A stretch of 64,000 nt of DNA from Candidatus Heimdallarchaeota archaeon (GTDB lineage Archaea; Asgardarchaeota; Heimdallarchaeia; Hodarchaeales; Hodarchaeaceae), in assembly GCA_011364965.1 (NCBI GenBank), contig RDOB01000003.1:432939-496938 (forward strand), in the 5' to 3' direction. Each line of letters begins with the position of its first letter. Position 1 is the stretch's first letter. Positions 10,067 to 19,630 of this stretch are shown here, piece after piece. Both the position numbers and the translations under genes were made by a program. The notes beneath the pieces are model-generated. The model was not told the origin of the DNA and did no database searches. It was given only the letters and a program-made list of their open reading frames with translations.

Positions 10067-10744
10067 TTACCATATCTTTGGAAACAATCTATATCTAACA
10101 TTCTTCAAATAATCGGAATAATCAAGTAATTCCTCATTCAATGTTTTCTCTTCAAACTCAATTCTGATCATAAGAAGGATCATTGTCAATATTCCAGGAA
10201 TCAGAGCAAGCGAGGTTCCTAAGCTGAAGGGTAAACTAAGCATAATTAAGGTAACTGCTAGATAATGAGGATGTCTTATAAAGGAATATGGTCCAGTCTC
10301 ACATACTTTTTGATTTTCAGACACGATAACAATTTTCGATAGATAAGCATTTTCACGCAAAACTAAGAAAAATAATACAAAAGCAAAGCAAAGAACTATT
10401 AAATCCCCAGTCTTTATAAGAAAAGGAACATTAGGTTGATTAATCCTGTAATCGAGACCCGCGACAACCAAAGTCGCAAAAATTGTTGCAAATAATGATA
10501 AATACAATATTTTATCCCACTTTTGGACAGATAATTGGGTAGCAACTCTTGATTGTAATACAGGACTGTTTCTAAACCAAAAAATCTGAAAACCAAAACC
10601 AAAGGACGCAATTAGTAAACAAATCCAAGCGTCAAACCATAAAAAAGTACCCACAGGAATAAAAAGTAATAAAGCATAGATTATCATAAGAAAAACGAAC
10701 TTAACAAAAATATTCGTCAGAGAAATTTTAGACATCATATGCAC
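10067..10744 (-). CDS. Isoprenylcysteine carboxyl methyltransferase (ICMT/PEMT)-family membrane protein
   Basis: TGPYSFIRHPHY and RIEFEEKTL...Y..Y...VRYRLFPKIW motifs. Multiple TM helices. Confidence 0.85.
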   Translation of the reverse strand: MHMMSKISLTNIFVKFVFLMIIYALLLFIPVGTFLWFDAWICLLIASFGFGFQIFWFRNSPVLQSRVATQLSVQKWDKILYLSLFATIFATLVVAGLDYRINQPNVPFLIKTGDLIVLCFAFVLFFLVLRENAYLSKIVIVSENQKVCETGPYSFIRHPHYLAVTLIMLSLPFSLGTSLALIPGILTMILLMIRIEFEEKTLNEELLDYSDYLKNVRYRLFPKIW

Positions 10745-11050
10745 ATTGAATTAAAGTTTCTCCTTTAGAAATGAATTTACATTGAAAAACATTTCGAGAA
10801 CTTGATTTGTTTCTTTCTTTTTTTTATGTGATAGGGTGGACAGCAGTATTATGAAAAGACAAGAAGGCTATATTATGCAATCGAAGAAATCGATGAGTAT
10901 TGGAGAAAATCAGTAAAAATAGAATCTATCCGAGACCTTTATCAAATAGAAAAATTAAGGGGGAATTGGAAACAAGCTTAGCTACAAAATAACTCCATTG
11001 AAGCAAAACTCATATTGGTCCTTTATGTTGTTCCAATTGACGGATTCTTA

Positions 11051-11293
11051 TTAGTTAGAGCTAAGAGTATAATAATATCGTCTCATATCACTCATATCAG
11101 GAGTTCTACGAACAATTTCACGTATTAAAAGCATTCTAAGAGCATCATGAATTGTTCTGCGACAATAACCAGTTCTATCTCTAATTTCCTCAACTAGCAT
11201 CCAATCCCCATCTTGTAAAACTTCATATACCTTATGCGCAGAAGGGGGAAGCACAGCTACCCTTTTTTCTTCAATCGATTCAGCAATTAACAC
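11051..11293 (-). CDS. Small stand-alone winged-HTH DNA-binding protein (MarR-like archaeal 'LPPSA...RRT..AL...DxR' family), paralogue A
   Basis: LPPSAHKVYEVL...CRRTIHDALRML...SDMRRYYY. AAGGAG RBS and a BRE-TATA upstream. Confidence 0.85.
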   Translation of the reverse strand: MLIAESIEEKRVAVLPPSAHKVYEVLQDGDWMLVEEIRDRTGYCRRTIHDALRMLLIREIVRRTPDMSDMRRYYYTLSSN

Positions 11294-11357
11294 TTTTATT
11301 AACTCCTTTCAACTTTATTGATCAACGTTTTTATTTAAGTATAATCATTACGCAACG

Positions 11358-11373
11358 TTATAAAAACTTTTCG
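11358..11373 (-). promoter_or_regulatory. Archaeal BRE + TATA box for wHTH paralogue A
   Basis: The minus strand reads CGAAAAG-TTTTTATAA about 65 bp upstream of the start codon. Confidence 0.65.
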
Positions 11374-11481
11374 TTGGAATGAGTTCGTGTACAGAAATAG
11401 AAAAAATCCTTAAAACAGGGTAAAAACGAGTAAAAAAATATACAAAGGGAACTTCAAAGATAAATGAAAAATTAGTAAAAA

Positions 11482-12699
11482 CTAGTAAAATAGATATTTT
11501 GATTCCCCAATCTTGTCCAAATATTCACAACTACCTGTGCTAACAACCTCTTTAATGATCGAAAGAACACGTTTACTAACAGGTAAGGCATCAATTTCTG
11601 CGGAGGATATCTCTTGTAAGTCTTTTGGAAAGCAATCAATGAGATATGCAGCTTTTTCAAAATCTCCTGTTCGCACCCAAACTGGAGGGTGGAATTTTTT
11701 GAGAAATGCAATCCGAAATAAAATTGTAGAAATTCGAAGATTTCCTTTAATCCTGCCTTCGGGAATATAGCGAGGCATCCGAGTGGGAATCCCATATTGC
11801 TTTCCTAAATCAAACCCTAAAGCAATTGGATTCTTTAGATTATATTCTTTTGCTATCTGATGATCGAAATTCCCCCATTTATTATTATTTCCATATAAAC
11901 GAGAGTATTGAGTAAGTAGAGTAGGATAATTTTCCTTAAGCTGACTGAGAAATTCTCTTTTATTCCGACCAGGTTTTAATGTCAATCCTCCTACCAACAC
12001 ATATTCTGCATGGGCTTTCTTTGCCTTTCTGAATAACTCATGCATATTTTCCTCAGTATCACCAATCCAGGGTAATACAGGTAGAAAAAGAACGCCTGCG
12101 TGAATACCTTGATTTCTTAGCATTCGAATTGCTGTCAAACGTTCTTGAGTAGTACTAGCTCTGGGTTCGAAGTTTTTTTGATCTTCTTCGTCAGTTAAAG
12201 TGATACTAAAACCTACGTTTGCATAATTAGACGAATTTATCTTCTTGAGAAGTTCTAAATCTCTAAGAACGGATTTATTTTTAGTAAGTAAAAACACGGG
12301 GAAACTATAGTCGTGTACAACCTGAAGCAATTGTTGAGTTATCTTTAATTTCCTTTCTGCAGGTTGATACACATCACAAACACCGCCACCAATTCCAATG
12401 ATAAACTTTCCTAGTGATTTGGGAACAATAAAACCTTTAGCAGGTAAATAATCTACTAATGTAGATTTCGAGAATTTTAGTTTTCTAAAAAACTGTTCAA
12501 GAACTTGAGGGGCATTTATTTTCCCTTTAATGCGTGTACCAAAGTCTTCATGCATATAGTAGCCTTCTGCCTTACCATCGCAATAGGTACAGTCATGATA
12601 GCATCCTAAATAAGGATTGATGGACGCTTCACACCACCACCATGAATCTACTGATCCTCGTCTAATTGGGGTTTTTGCTTTAATTCTCTCTATAATCAA
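11482..12699 (-). CDS. Radical SAM protein, spore-photoproduct-lyase (SplB/Rv2578c)-like, with C-terminal PolX 8-kDa/HhH-like domain
   Basis: INPYLGCYHDCTYCD, DVYQPAE, LTK, FEPRAST..RL and PVLPWIGD motifs. C-terminal FEKAAYLIDCFP...IIKEVVSTGSCEYL. Confidence 0.85.
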   Translation of the reverse strand: MIIERIKAKTPIRRGSVDSWWWCEASINPYLGCYHDCTYCDGKAEGYYMHEDFGTRIKGKINAPQVLEQFFRKLKFSKSTLVDYLPAKGFIVPKSLGKFIIGIGGGVCDVYQPAERKLKITQQLLQVVHDYSFPVFLLTKNKSVLRDLELLKKINSSNYANVGFSITLTDEEDQKNFEPRASTTQERLTAIRMLRNQGIHAGVLFLPVLPWIGDTEENMHELFRKAKKAHAEYVLVGGLTLKPGRNKREFLSQLKENYPTLLTQYSRLYGNNNKWGNFDHQIAKEYNLKNPIALGFDLGKQYGIPTRMPRYIPEGRIKGNLRISTILFRIAFLKKFHPPVWVRTGDFEKAAYLIDCFPKDLQEISSAEIDALPVSKRVLSIIKEVVSTGSCEYLDKIGESKYLFY

Positions 12700-12706
12700 G
12701 TTTCAT

Positions 12707-13435
12707 TCAAACCTGAACTGCTTTATTGGATTTGGAATGGTACCAAGACCAATAAATTTGAATAATTGCCCATATAATAAAACTAAAAATTATCAGCTTT
12801 TGAATAAATGGTTGAAAATCACCAAAGATTCCCAAGACAAACAAGCCAACTAGGAAAAATATTATGAATCCAGTTATTGCTAAAACATTTGAGTAATGGT
12901 GACTAATGTACATCGTTAGAGAATAAACTAGAATAGCAATGGAAGAAAGAATGAAAAACCCCTGTGCTGCTAAACCATGGAGTATGGGCTGAGTATCGAT
13001 AGGAAACAAAGCAACTGCAATTTGAAAAGGAACCGATAAAAGACCAAAACCAGAAGCAAATCCATTTAATAGACGTTGTAATGGAGATGTTAGATATGAA
13101 AGAAAAAGAATAGGTAATCCAACCCAGAATGGAATTAAAGTTACGGAAGCAATAATCATACTCAAAGTAAATAGGATAGAAGATATTGGATTATTTTCAC
13201 CATTGAGGGCAATTACACGCCCCAGCTCGCTAAAATAATTTCTAAAATAATCATATCCCCCAGGATAAATTAAAGCAGATACAGTGGACAAGATTAAAAA
13301 TTGGATTGTACAAAAAATTAATGAGCTTAACACAAAAAAAAATATGTAATTTAGTGTTTTTGACTCAAAATTATGATTGATTAAAGCAACAATTTTTGAA
13401 GTATTTATCAGAACCATTGCCTCTATTATAATCAT
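12707..13435 (-). CDS. DUF998-like membrane protein
   Basis: YPGGYDYFRNYFSELG, FP.D....HG and QK motifs. About 6 TM. The true start is probably downstream of the called one. Confidence 0.7.
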   Translation of the reverse strand: MIIIEAMVLINTSKIVALINHNFESKTLNYIFFFVLSSLIFCTIQFLILSTVSALIYPGGYDYFRNYFSELGRVIALNGENNPISSILFTLSMIIASVTLIPFWVGLPILFLSYLTSPLQRLLNGFASGFGLLSVPFQIAVALFPIDTQPILHGLAAQGFFILSSIAILVYSLTMYISHHYSNVLAITGFIIFFLVGLFVLGIFGDFQPFIQKLIIFSFIIWAIIQIYWSWYHSKSNKAVQV

Positions 13436-13505
13436 TATATCTACATATTTATCAAGTTATCGAAAATTAGTCTTTAATTAAATTCTATTCTCCTGATTAG
13501 AGGAC

Positions 13506-14474
13506 ATGGTTAAGTTGAAAATTCGAGAATATAAACCGACCGACTTTCATGGCCTTTTGGAAATCAGCAAACATATTTGGGAGGGACATGATTATTTACC
13601 TAAGAAAATAAACGATTTCTATATTGATCCTCATTCTAGTCCAATGGTAGTAATTGAAGAAGGGAAAATTGTCTCAATAGCTAATCTAAGGTTTCTTAAT
13701 AGGGAGATTGCTTGGTTGGAAGCTATAAGGACGCATCCAGAGTTTCGAGGAAAAGGTTATGCAACTTCATTAACCAAAGCGATGATTAAAAAGGCCAGAG
13801 CTGAGGGGGCAACAGAAGTATGGTTAATGACTAATACAGAAAATAAAGCAACAGCTATACTCCTTGAAAAACTTGGCTTTTCTGAATCTGGAAGAGTTGC
13901 AATGTGGCCAAATTGGGATATTATGACAGAGAGTTTAAAAAAGAACAGCATTCAGAATAAGCATTTTGATAAATTAGCAACCAGCCAAACGAAAAAAGAA
14001 GCAAGAGCTTCTGAAGATGGAAATTCCTATCGGACCTTGATTGAATCATTTCCTGTCACAAATAAAACTCTTGAATTGAGTAAAAAATGGAAAAAGATTA
14101 CCCAAAAGTCTCATATGAAAGAAATTCTCTCCAAAATTGTTAAACTGGGTGGAATGAATATAATTTATGGAGAATTCCATATTTATCCCCAGGATATGTT
14201 TGATCTTGATAAGAAAATCCAAAATAAAGAAATTCTTTACCTAGAAGAACCCCCTGCTCTTTTATTATTCGAAAAAAGTGAAGAAATCGAGTTAGGGTAT
14301 GGAATCGGACTGAATACATGTTCCTCCTATGCTCTCGAATCTGCTCTTTATTTTTTACTTGAAAATTATCCAAAATTAATATACTGGCTATTTTTCCCAG
14401 AATCATTGCAACATCTTTATATTAAACCTGGATTCCATCTTCAGAGATTTATGTGTAAGAAACTCAACTCCTGA
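13506..14474 (+). CDS. GNAT-family N-acetyltransferase with C-terminal extension
   Basis: AWLEAIRTHPEFRGKGYA acetyl-CoA motif and N..A..LLEKLGF. GAGG RBS. Confidence 0.85.
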   Translation: MVKLKIREYKPTDFHGLLEISKHIWEGHDYLPKKINDFYIDPHSSPMVVIEEGKIVSIANLRFLNREIAWLEAIRTHPEFRGKGYATSLTKAMIKKARAEGATEVWLMTNTENKATAILLEKLGFSESGRVAMWPNWDIMTESLKKNSIQNKHFDKLATSQTKKEARASEDGNSYRTLIESFPVTNKTLELSKKWKKITQKSHMKEILSKIVKLGGMNIIYGEFHIYPQDMFDLDKKIQNKEILYLEEPPALLLFEKSEEIELGYGIGLNTCSSYALESALYFLLENYPKLIYWLFFPESLQHLYIKPGFHLQRFMCKKLNS

Positions 14475-14748
14475 GATTTTTTATCATTATAAACATTGGA
14501 TAGAATTAGAATTGGTAGCTGGATAGAATTTTATTAATTACCATATAGAATAGTTTGTAAAACAAAATCTCTCTTCTTTTCTACAATTCTAACAAGTAGT
14601 TCTTTATGTAATAGGGATTCTTAATTTCATATTTCCCAACTATTTTATAGCAGTAAAACTATGATACAACTAAAGGTTATTGGATAATAAATCGCAGAGT
14701 TAGCTTTAATTTGTTAGAGTATTAGTACATATGTGGGATTGAAAGGAT

Positions 14749-15894
14749 ATGTTCCTATCTGAACTAAGTCTCCATTTAAAACGATTATCACCAGAAGCAA
14801 AACTCCAGATAACTGAATATGCTAAAACTTCTCATTGGGAAATCAAAGATTATGAACAGCTAGCTGAAGATCTGAATAAATTTATTCGTACAACTAATTC
14901 TACAGACTCAGAATTATATTACCTCCTAGCGAAATTCCTCTTTTTTTCTGGTTCCCTCTCAGAATTAAATGATTTATATCTGCTTGTTGCAGCCATTCAA
15001 TCCACTCCAGGTTTAGAAATTTTTTATGCGCTAGGATTAGCTTTTCAAGGATTCTCCTCTGAAGCTCTGGATATTTTGAATGAGATAAAACTAGAAGCGA
15101 TAACTGACGACCCTCAACTTTGGATGGAAACAAAAGGTATAATCCTTTATGTCTATTCTATAAAACGCGATTATAGAAAGGTAGAGAATTTATTTAACGA
15201 AATCATTAGTTACTCTGAAGATCTTCCTCCAGAATTTAATCATATAAAGGCACATTCCCTACCTTGGGCATATCTTCGACAAGCTTACTCAATCAGAGCA
15301 AAAGGGGAAATAACTGACGCACTGGAATTGATTGCGAAATGTAATCAAGATCTGAAAGCTTTTCCTCATAAATTCTTCCAAACAATGGTTTATACCTTAA
15401 TGGGACATTGTTTACATAATTCAGGCAATGTTAAGCAAGCACTAGGTTTCTATGATCAAGGTATTGATATTGGTTTTGAATGTCGTAGTAAATTACTTTT
15501 ATCCATATTATATAACCGAATTGGTATGGCAATGAGTAATCGAAAGCAAATGAAATCATCTAAAGAATTTTTTGAAAAAGCACTTAAGACAGCTCAAGAT
15601 GCAGGAGCAAAGTGGCTTACAATTGGCCCATTAGTCAATCTTGTAAGGTGGAAACTTGCGGAGGGACAAGTTAATGAGGCCATAAATGATTATCACAGCT
15701 TTGTAGACATAGCAGAGGCGGTAGGCGATGAACAAGAATTATGTTATGCATTAATAGGCCTTGCAGAGCTTTACGAACAAATTGACGATATTCCAAAATC
15801 TAAATTTTATTTATCGAAAGGTATAAAGCTAGGAATGAAGCTTGGGATATTTGAATTGGTTTCCTATCCCGAAAAGAATGATGAACCAAATTAA
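14749..15894 (+). CDS. Tetratricopeptide-repeat (TPR) protein
   Basis: Helical repeats of ~34-40 aa such as YTLMGHCLHNSGNVKQALGFYDQGI, YNRIGMAMSNRKQMKSSKEFFEKAL and LIGLAELYEQIDDIPKSKFYLSKGI. Confidence 0.8.
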   Translation: MFLSELSLHLKRLSPEAKLQITEYAKTSHWEIKDYEQLAEDLNKFIRTTNSTDSELYYLLAKFLFFSGSLSELNDLYLLVAAIQSTPGLEIFYALGLAFQGFSSEALDILNEIKLEAITDDPQLWMETKGIILYVYSIKRDYRKVENLFNEIISYSEDLPPEFNHIKAHSLPWAYLRQAYSIRAKGEITDALELIAKCNQDLKAFPHKFFQTMVYTLMGHCLHNSGNVKQALGFYDQGIDIGFECRSKLLLSILYNRIGMAMSNRKQMKSSKEFFEKALKTAQDAGAKWLTIGPLVNLVRWKLAEGQVNEAINDYHSFVDIAEAVGDEQELCYALIGLAELYEQIDDIPKSKFYLSKGIKLGMKLGIFELVSYPEKNDEPN

Positions 15895-16121
15895 GCCGCT
15901 TTCCGCAAGGCAAAAAACCGTCTCTTCCGCATATCTGAGAGATCAGCTCTATAATTCACAAGATTCGCTTTTATGAGCTGGGATAAAGCAACACTTACTG
16001 TTCGCCGGCTTAAGTTAGTAATCAATCTGATATCCTGAATCGTCATTAACTTATCTGTTTGTAAATGTTCATATACCTTCTGAACCGAAGGAGGGAATGT
16101 ATCAACAGGAATTATATCCAT
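15891..16121 (-). CDS. Small stand-alone winged-HTH protein, paralogue B
   Basis: FPPSVQKVYEHL...SRRTVSVALSQL...SDMRKRRF. GAGAGG RBS. 4-bp convergent overlap with the TPR gene. Confidence 0.85.
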   Translation of the reverse strand: MDIIPVDTFPPSVQKVYEHLQTDKLMTIQDIRLITNLSRRTVSVALSQLIKANLVNYRADLSDMRKRRFFALRKAA

Positions 16122-16297
16122 CTTAGTCCTCTCATTTATTATTTATTTAAACTAAAGCTGATAGATATTTATTATATGATTTGTGGTACAAAGCTTTAGC
16201 TTTAGATAGGAAAAGAGGAATCTAGTACAGTTTTTTGACAATGATTTTTATGAAACATTGAAAAAAGGACGAAAATTATAAGCAAACACTCAATGAT

Positions 16298-16576
16298 TCA
16301 TACTTGCGCTCTTTTTTTAATTTCTGCAAGAAAACTGTAGAGAGGAATACCAGAAAGAGAATATAATTTTCTTCTCATATCGGTGAGACAGTGTGTTTTT
16401 ATAAGCAAACCTCTCTTCTCCATTAAGTTCAGCGCATTTTGAACTGTTCTACGACTATAATTTGATTTGAGAGTCATCTCGTCAATTGTTAAATTTTCTT
16501 CCGTATTCAAAATATCATAAATTCTGTAAACTGCAGGGGGTAACCCCAGTAAGACTTCAGTTTCCGATTCGGTCAT
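16298..16576 (-). CDS. Small stand-alone winged-HTH protein, paralogue C
   Basis: LPPAVYRIYDIL...SRRTVQNALNLM...TDMRRKLY. Confidence 0.85.
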   Translation of the reverse strand: MTESETEVLLGLPPAVYRIYDILNTEENLTIDEMTLKSNYSRRTVQNALNLMEKRGLLIKTHCLTDMRRKLYSLSGIPLYSFLAEIKKRAQV

Positions 16577-16811
16577 GATTACTCTATGATATTAATAATA
16601 ACCAAATAATAGTAAGTATTCTCGTTGTTGAAAACACCCCTCTTAGTGTATTTTGTAACACTTTTTGCAAAGTTATACCTAGCTTTAAATAAATAGAAAG
16701 TAAATTTAGTTTTTCGACTCTTTTGACAAATCCTAGTATGATAAACTATAATCAATCAGTTTCATACTTCATTAGACTTCATAAAGAAAGGGATTCCGGG
16801 ATTATGGATAA

Positions 16812-17636
16812 CTAAAGAAGTGTAAAAAATTCTTCTTTCACTTGTTTATCATAAAAAGAGAAAAAAAACGGTAAACGTGCAAAATTCTTGTTATATTTTA
16901 TAGGATTTCCAGATAAATCAGAGCAAACTCCACCAGCTTCCTCAAGAATCACAGAAGGTATTCCATAGTCATGCGGACTAGCAAGATGACACATTTGGAT
17001 TTTAGCATTACCTTCTGCGACAGCAATCATTTTATGATGGGCACTTAAACAATCTAGTGACTCTAATTCCATTTTCTGCAATATAGGTATAAGATTTTCA
17101 CACCTTTTCTGACAATAAAAGGATAAAGGAACTTTTTTTCGTTGAAATGGAATGTTTTGACCAGAGCTATCCATTACTTCAATTCCTTTCCTCCTTTCAG
17201 CATAATAAAGGCGATTGAATGCTGGAAAATAAATTGCGCTTGCAAAGAACTCCAGATTTCTAGAAAATGCAGCTCCAATCGAAAAATCATCTCTTCCCTG
17301 AATATAAGCAAAAGTTCCATCAAGGGGATCTAAGTGAAAACATAAATCCCTTTTGTTCAAGGAAAACCGATTAACGCGCTCTGTGTCCTCCTCAACATTA
17401 ATACCTATTTTTGGATACTGTGAGGTTAATATTTCAAGAGCAACTTCTTGAACTAAGTCATCTAAAAATGTGTGTGCTGTAGAAGTTTTATCCACTGAAT
17501 CTTGAGGTAAATCAGACTTTTTAGGTAGATTATCAACTGATCCTCTAAACGCTTTAAGGATTAAACCTCCTGTTAGTACTATAGCTTTTAAAATGGGGTA
17601 AAAATCTTCATCAAACTGTAAAATCTGGTTTTTCAA
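16812..17636 (-). CDS. Inositol monophosphatase/CysQ-family (FIG) phosphatase
   Basis: VEED, LDPLDGT..Y, HD (in place of the usual WD) and ILEEAGG.CSDLSG motifs. Confidence 0.85.
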   Translation of the reverse strand: MKNQILQFDEDFYPILKAIVLTGGLILKAFRGSVDNLPKKSDLPQDSVDKTSTAHTFLDDLVQEVALEILTSQYPKIGINVEEDTERVNRFSLNKRDLCFHLDPLDGTFAYIQGRDDFSIGAAFSRNLEFFASAIYFPAFNRLYYAERRKGIEVMDSSGQNIPFQRKKVPLSFYCQKRCENLIPILQKMELESLDCLSAHHKMIAVAEGNAKIQMCHLASPHDYGIPSVILEEAGGVCSDLSGNPIKYNKNFARLPFFFSFYDKQVKEEFFTLL

Positions 17637-17659
17637 AGCAAAAACCCATTTTAGAATAT

Positions 17660-18226
17660 TCAGATAGGTGGTAATCCATCTAATAACTCAGGATGAAGGG
17701 AATAATACTCTTCACGCAATAAATCCATGATTAAAGTATCAAAGATTTTGCCATGAATAAAAATCGACTCACGAACGCGAGCAGACACCCGAAAACCAGA
17801 TTTTTCAGCAAGCCTGATCGCTCTGGGATTTCCACTTTGTGTCCAAATTCTAGCAACTAGCAGACCTAATTCCTCAAAAAGGAATTTAAGTAACACTTCC
17901 TGTGCATCAAATGATGCTCCAGTTCCCCAAAATTTCTTTCTTACCACTAAACCGATAGTTGTAGAAAATCGGGATTCGTATTCCGAATAACTAATCGTAC
18001 CCACAAGCTCATCCGATTCTTTATGGATGATTGTAAATCGAGCATCTTTTCGATCAAATGAAAACTCTTTTTCTTCAAATCGTTTCTGATACATTGGTAA
18101 AGTATAATCGGGAGGAAGGGCCTTATTCCAAGCTTGAGTAGCCATGTCGTTACGTAATTTTACGAAAGTTTCAATATCTGATATACGTTCTTCTCGTAAA
18201 TAGATGGTTTTCCCTTCAAGAACCAT
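17660..18226 (-). CDS. RimJ/RimL-type GNAT acetyltransferase
   Basis: GKTIYLR, FWGTG and N.RAIRLAEKSGF motifs. Start moved to ATG 18226, which has a TAATG overlap with the upstream stop and a GGAGG RBS. Confidence 0.85.
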   Translation of the reverse strand: MVLEGKTIYLREERISDIETFVKLRNDMATQAWNKALPPDYTLPMYQKRFEEKEFSFDRKDARFTIIHKESDELVGTISYSEYESRFSTTIGLVVRKKFWGTGASFDAQEVLLKFLFEELGLLVARIWTQSGNPRAIRLAEKSGFRVSARVRESIFIHGKIFDTLIMDLLREEYYSLHPELLDGLPPI

Positions 18227-18813
18227 TAGGATAATCCTCCTGTATAATTTTTCTTCCATTCGTGCTTAAGGATATTATATATACAGTAATCGAAAAATTT
18301 TCCTTCAAATATCCCCGCACGCCTCAGTTGGCCGCAATCTTTGAAGAAATGTTTTTCAAGAAATTTACATCCTAGAATATTCCATTCAGGAACCCAACAC
18401 GAAATTGAATGTGCGGAGGAGTAATTAAAAACAAAAGCAAGTAATAATTTTAGAACTGTTGATCCATAACCCCGTTTCCGATGATTAGGAGAGATAATGA
18501 TGTTCATTCCGGGACTAAACGCATCCCATCCCCAGTCATATTCAACATGTCCAATTATTTCTCCTGTTTCATTTAGAATGATAGCTAAATGTAGTTCATT
18601 TTTCGTTTCAGCCCATTTGGATATTATCTGTCCTATTTGCTTTTCAGATAAGGGTAAGAGATCAGGAATATCCCACGGAAGTCCACGAGTACCAATAAAA
18701 TCGTAATTATTCAAATAAACCTTCACTTTTGGAAGTTCATGTTCCTCAAAAGGCCTTAGATGAATTTTATCCGTTTTAAATATAGTTTTTAAGTGCATTT
18801 GGACTCCAGCCAT
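18226..18813 (-). CDS. RimJ/RimL-type GNAT acetyltransferase
   Basis: TDKIHLRPF, HRKRGYG, WN....KFLEK and G.LR motifs. Translationally coupled to the next GNAT. Confidence 0.85.
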   Translation of the reverse strand: MAGVQMHLKTIFKTDKIHLRPFEEHELPKVKVYLNNYDFIGTRGLPWDIPDLLPLSEKQIGQIISKWAETKNELHLAIILNETGEIIGHVEYDWGWDAFSPGMNIIISPNHRKRGYGSTVLKLLLAFVFNYSSAHSISCWVPEWNILGCKFLEKHFFKDCGQLRRAGIFEGKFFDYCIYNILKHEWKKNYTGGLS

Positions 18814-18943
18814 TATAACGACAATTTTTCTTGAGGGCTTAAGTAAGTAGAGGTGTTAATTATAATGTTCTAGGTTGCTTTTAGAAAAACTCGTCTTTTG
18901 AAAATGGTCAAAAAAAAGAAATAATGAAGATAATAACTTCGTT

Positions 18944-19522
18944 TTACTTGGTATTTTTAGGATGATTCCACGATTCTTTTCGAGAAAGACGAGTATAGAG
19001 AATAATTAAAGCAAAAATAAGTCCACCTACTAATAATAAGTCAGAAGAAATTAGATTTTGCGGCCACTGGCTTGAGAAAAAAGCAAATCCGGTATCAATT
19101 TCTTGTATAACTAAGGGGTTACGACAAGACCAAAAAAAAGTATTCTGCCTTAACGGCAGCCAAACTAAGGTAGAAATTGCACAAACTTTGAACGCAAGAG
19201 AACTAGCGGTTTCCCGTGTCAGTGCCCATTGTTCTTTTTCGTATATAACAGTAGAAAAAATCACACCAGAAAGAAATATAATTGCAAACATGACGAAAGG
19301 ATAAGAGGAATAATCATAATAGAGTATATCATATGGGGGCACGATGTAGGGAATAAGTAATTTAATAACTCCAATTCGTATTAAATTAATAGAGATAATT
19401 GACGGAAAAAGCTCACGAATTGAATACTGTTTCAGAAGAAACCATAAATATACAATTTCAATGCTAGATAGAATAAAAAAATCTATTATACTAATTTCAG
19501 GGTAAAAAGGAGGTAAAATCAT
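18944..19522 (-). CDS. Hypothetical membrane protein (~5 TM)
   Basis: 192-aa hydrophobic ORF with no recognised motif. Confidence 0.6.
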   Translation of the reverse strand: MILPPFYPEISIIDFFILSSIEIVYLWFLLKQYSIRELFPSIISINLIRIGVIKLLIPYIVPPYDILYYDYSSYPFVMFAIIFLSGVIFSTVIYEKEQWALTRETASSLAFKVCAISTLVWLPLRQNTFFWSCRNPLVIQEIDTGFAFFSSQWPQNLISSDLLLVGGLIFALIILYTRLSRKESWNHPKNTK

Positions 19523-19630
19523 ATGACATCACAATTACACAATAAATAATACTTTCTCATAAGATAAATTGAGTATTAATCTAAACAAAAAAGGGTAAGA
19601 AAATACACTTCTATATAAGATAATCAATCT

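Noticed and set aside
10067-10744. ICMT-family genes (also 58832-59512) as evidence of eukaryote-like CaaX processing
   Set aside because: The family is widespread in prokaryotes, and no CaaX substrates or true prenyltransferase subunits were identified here.
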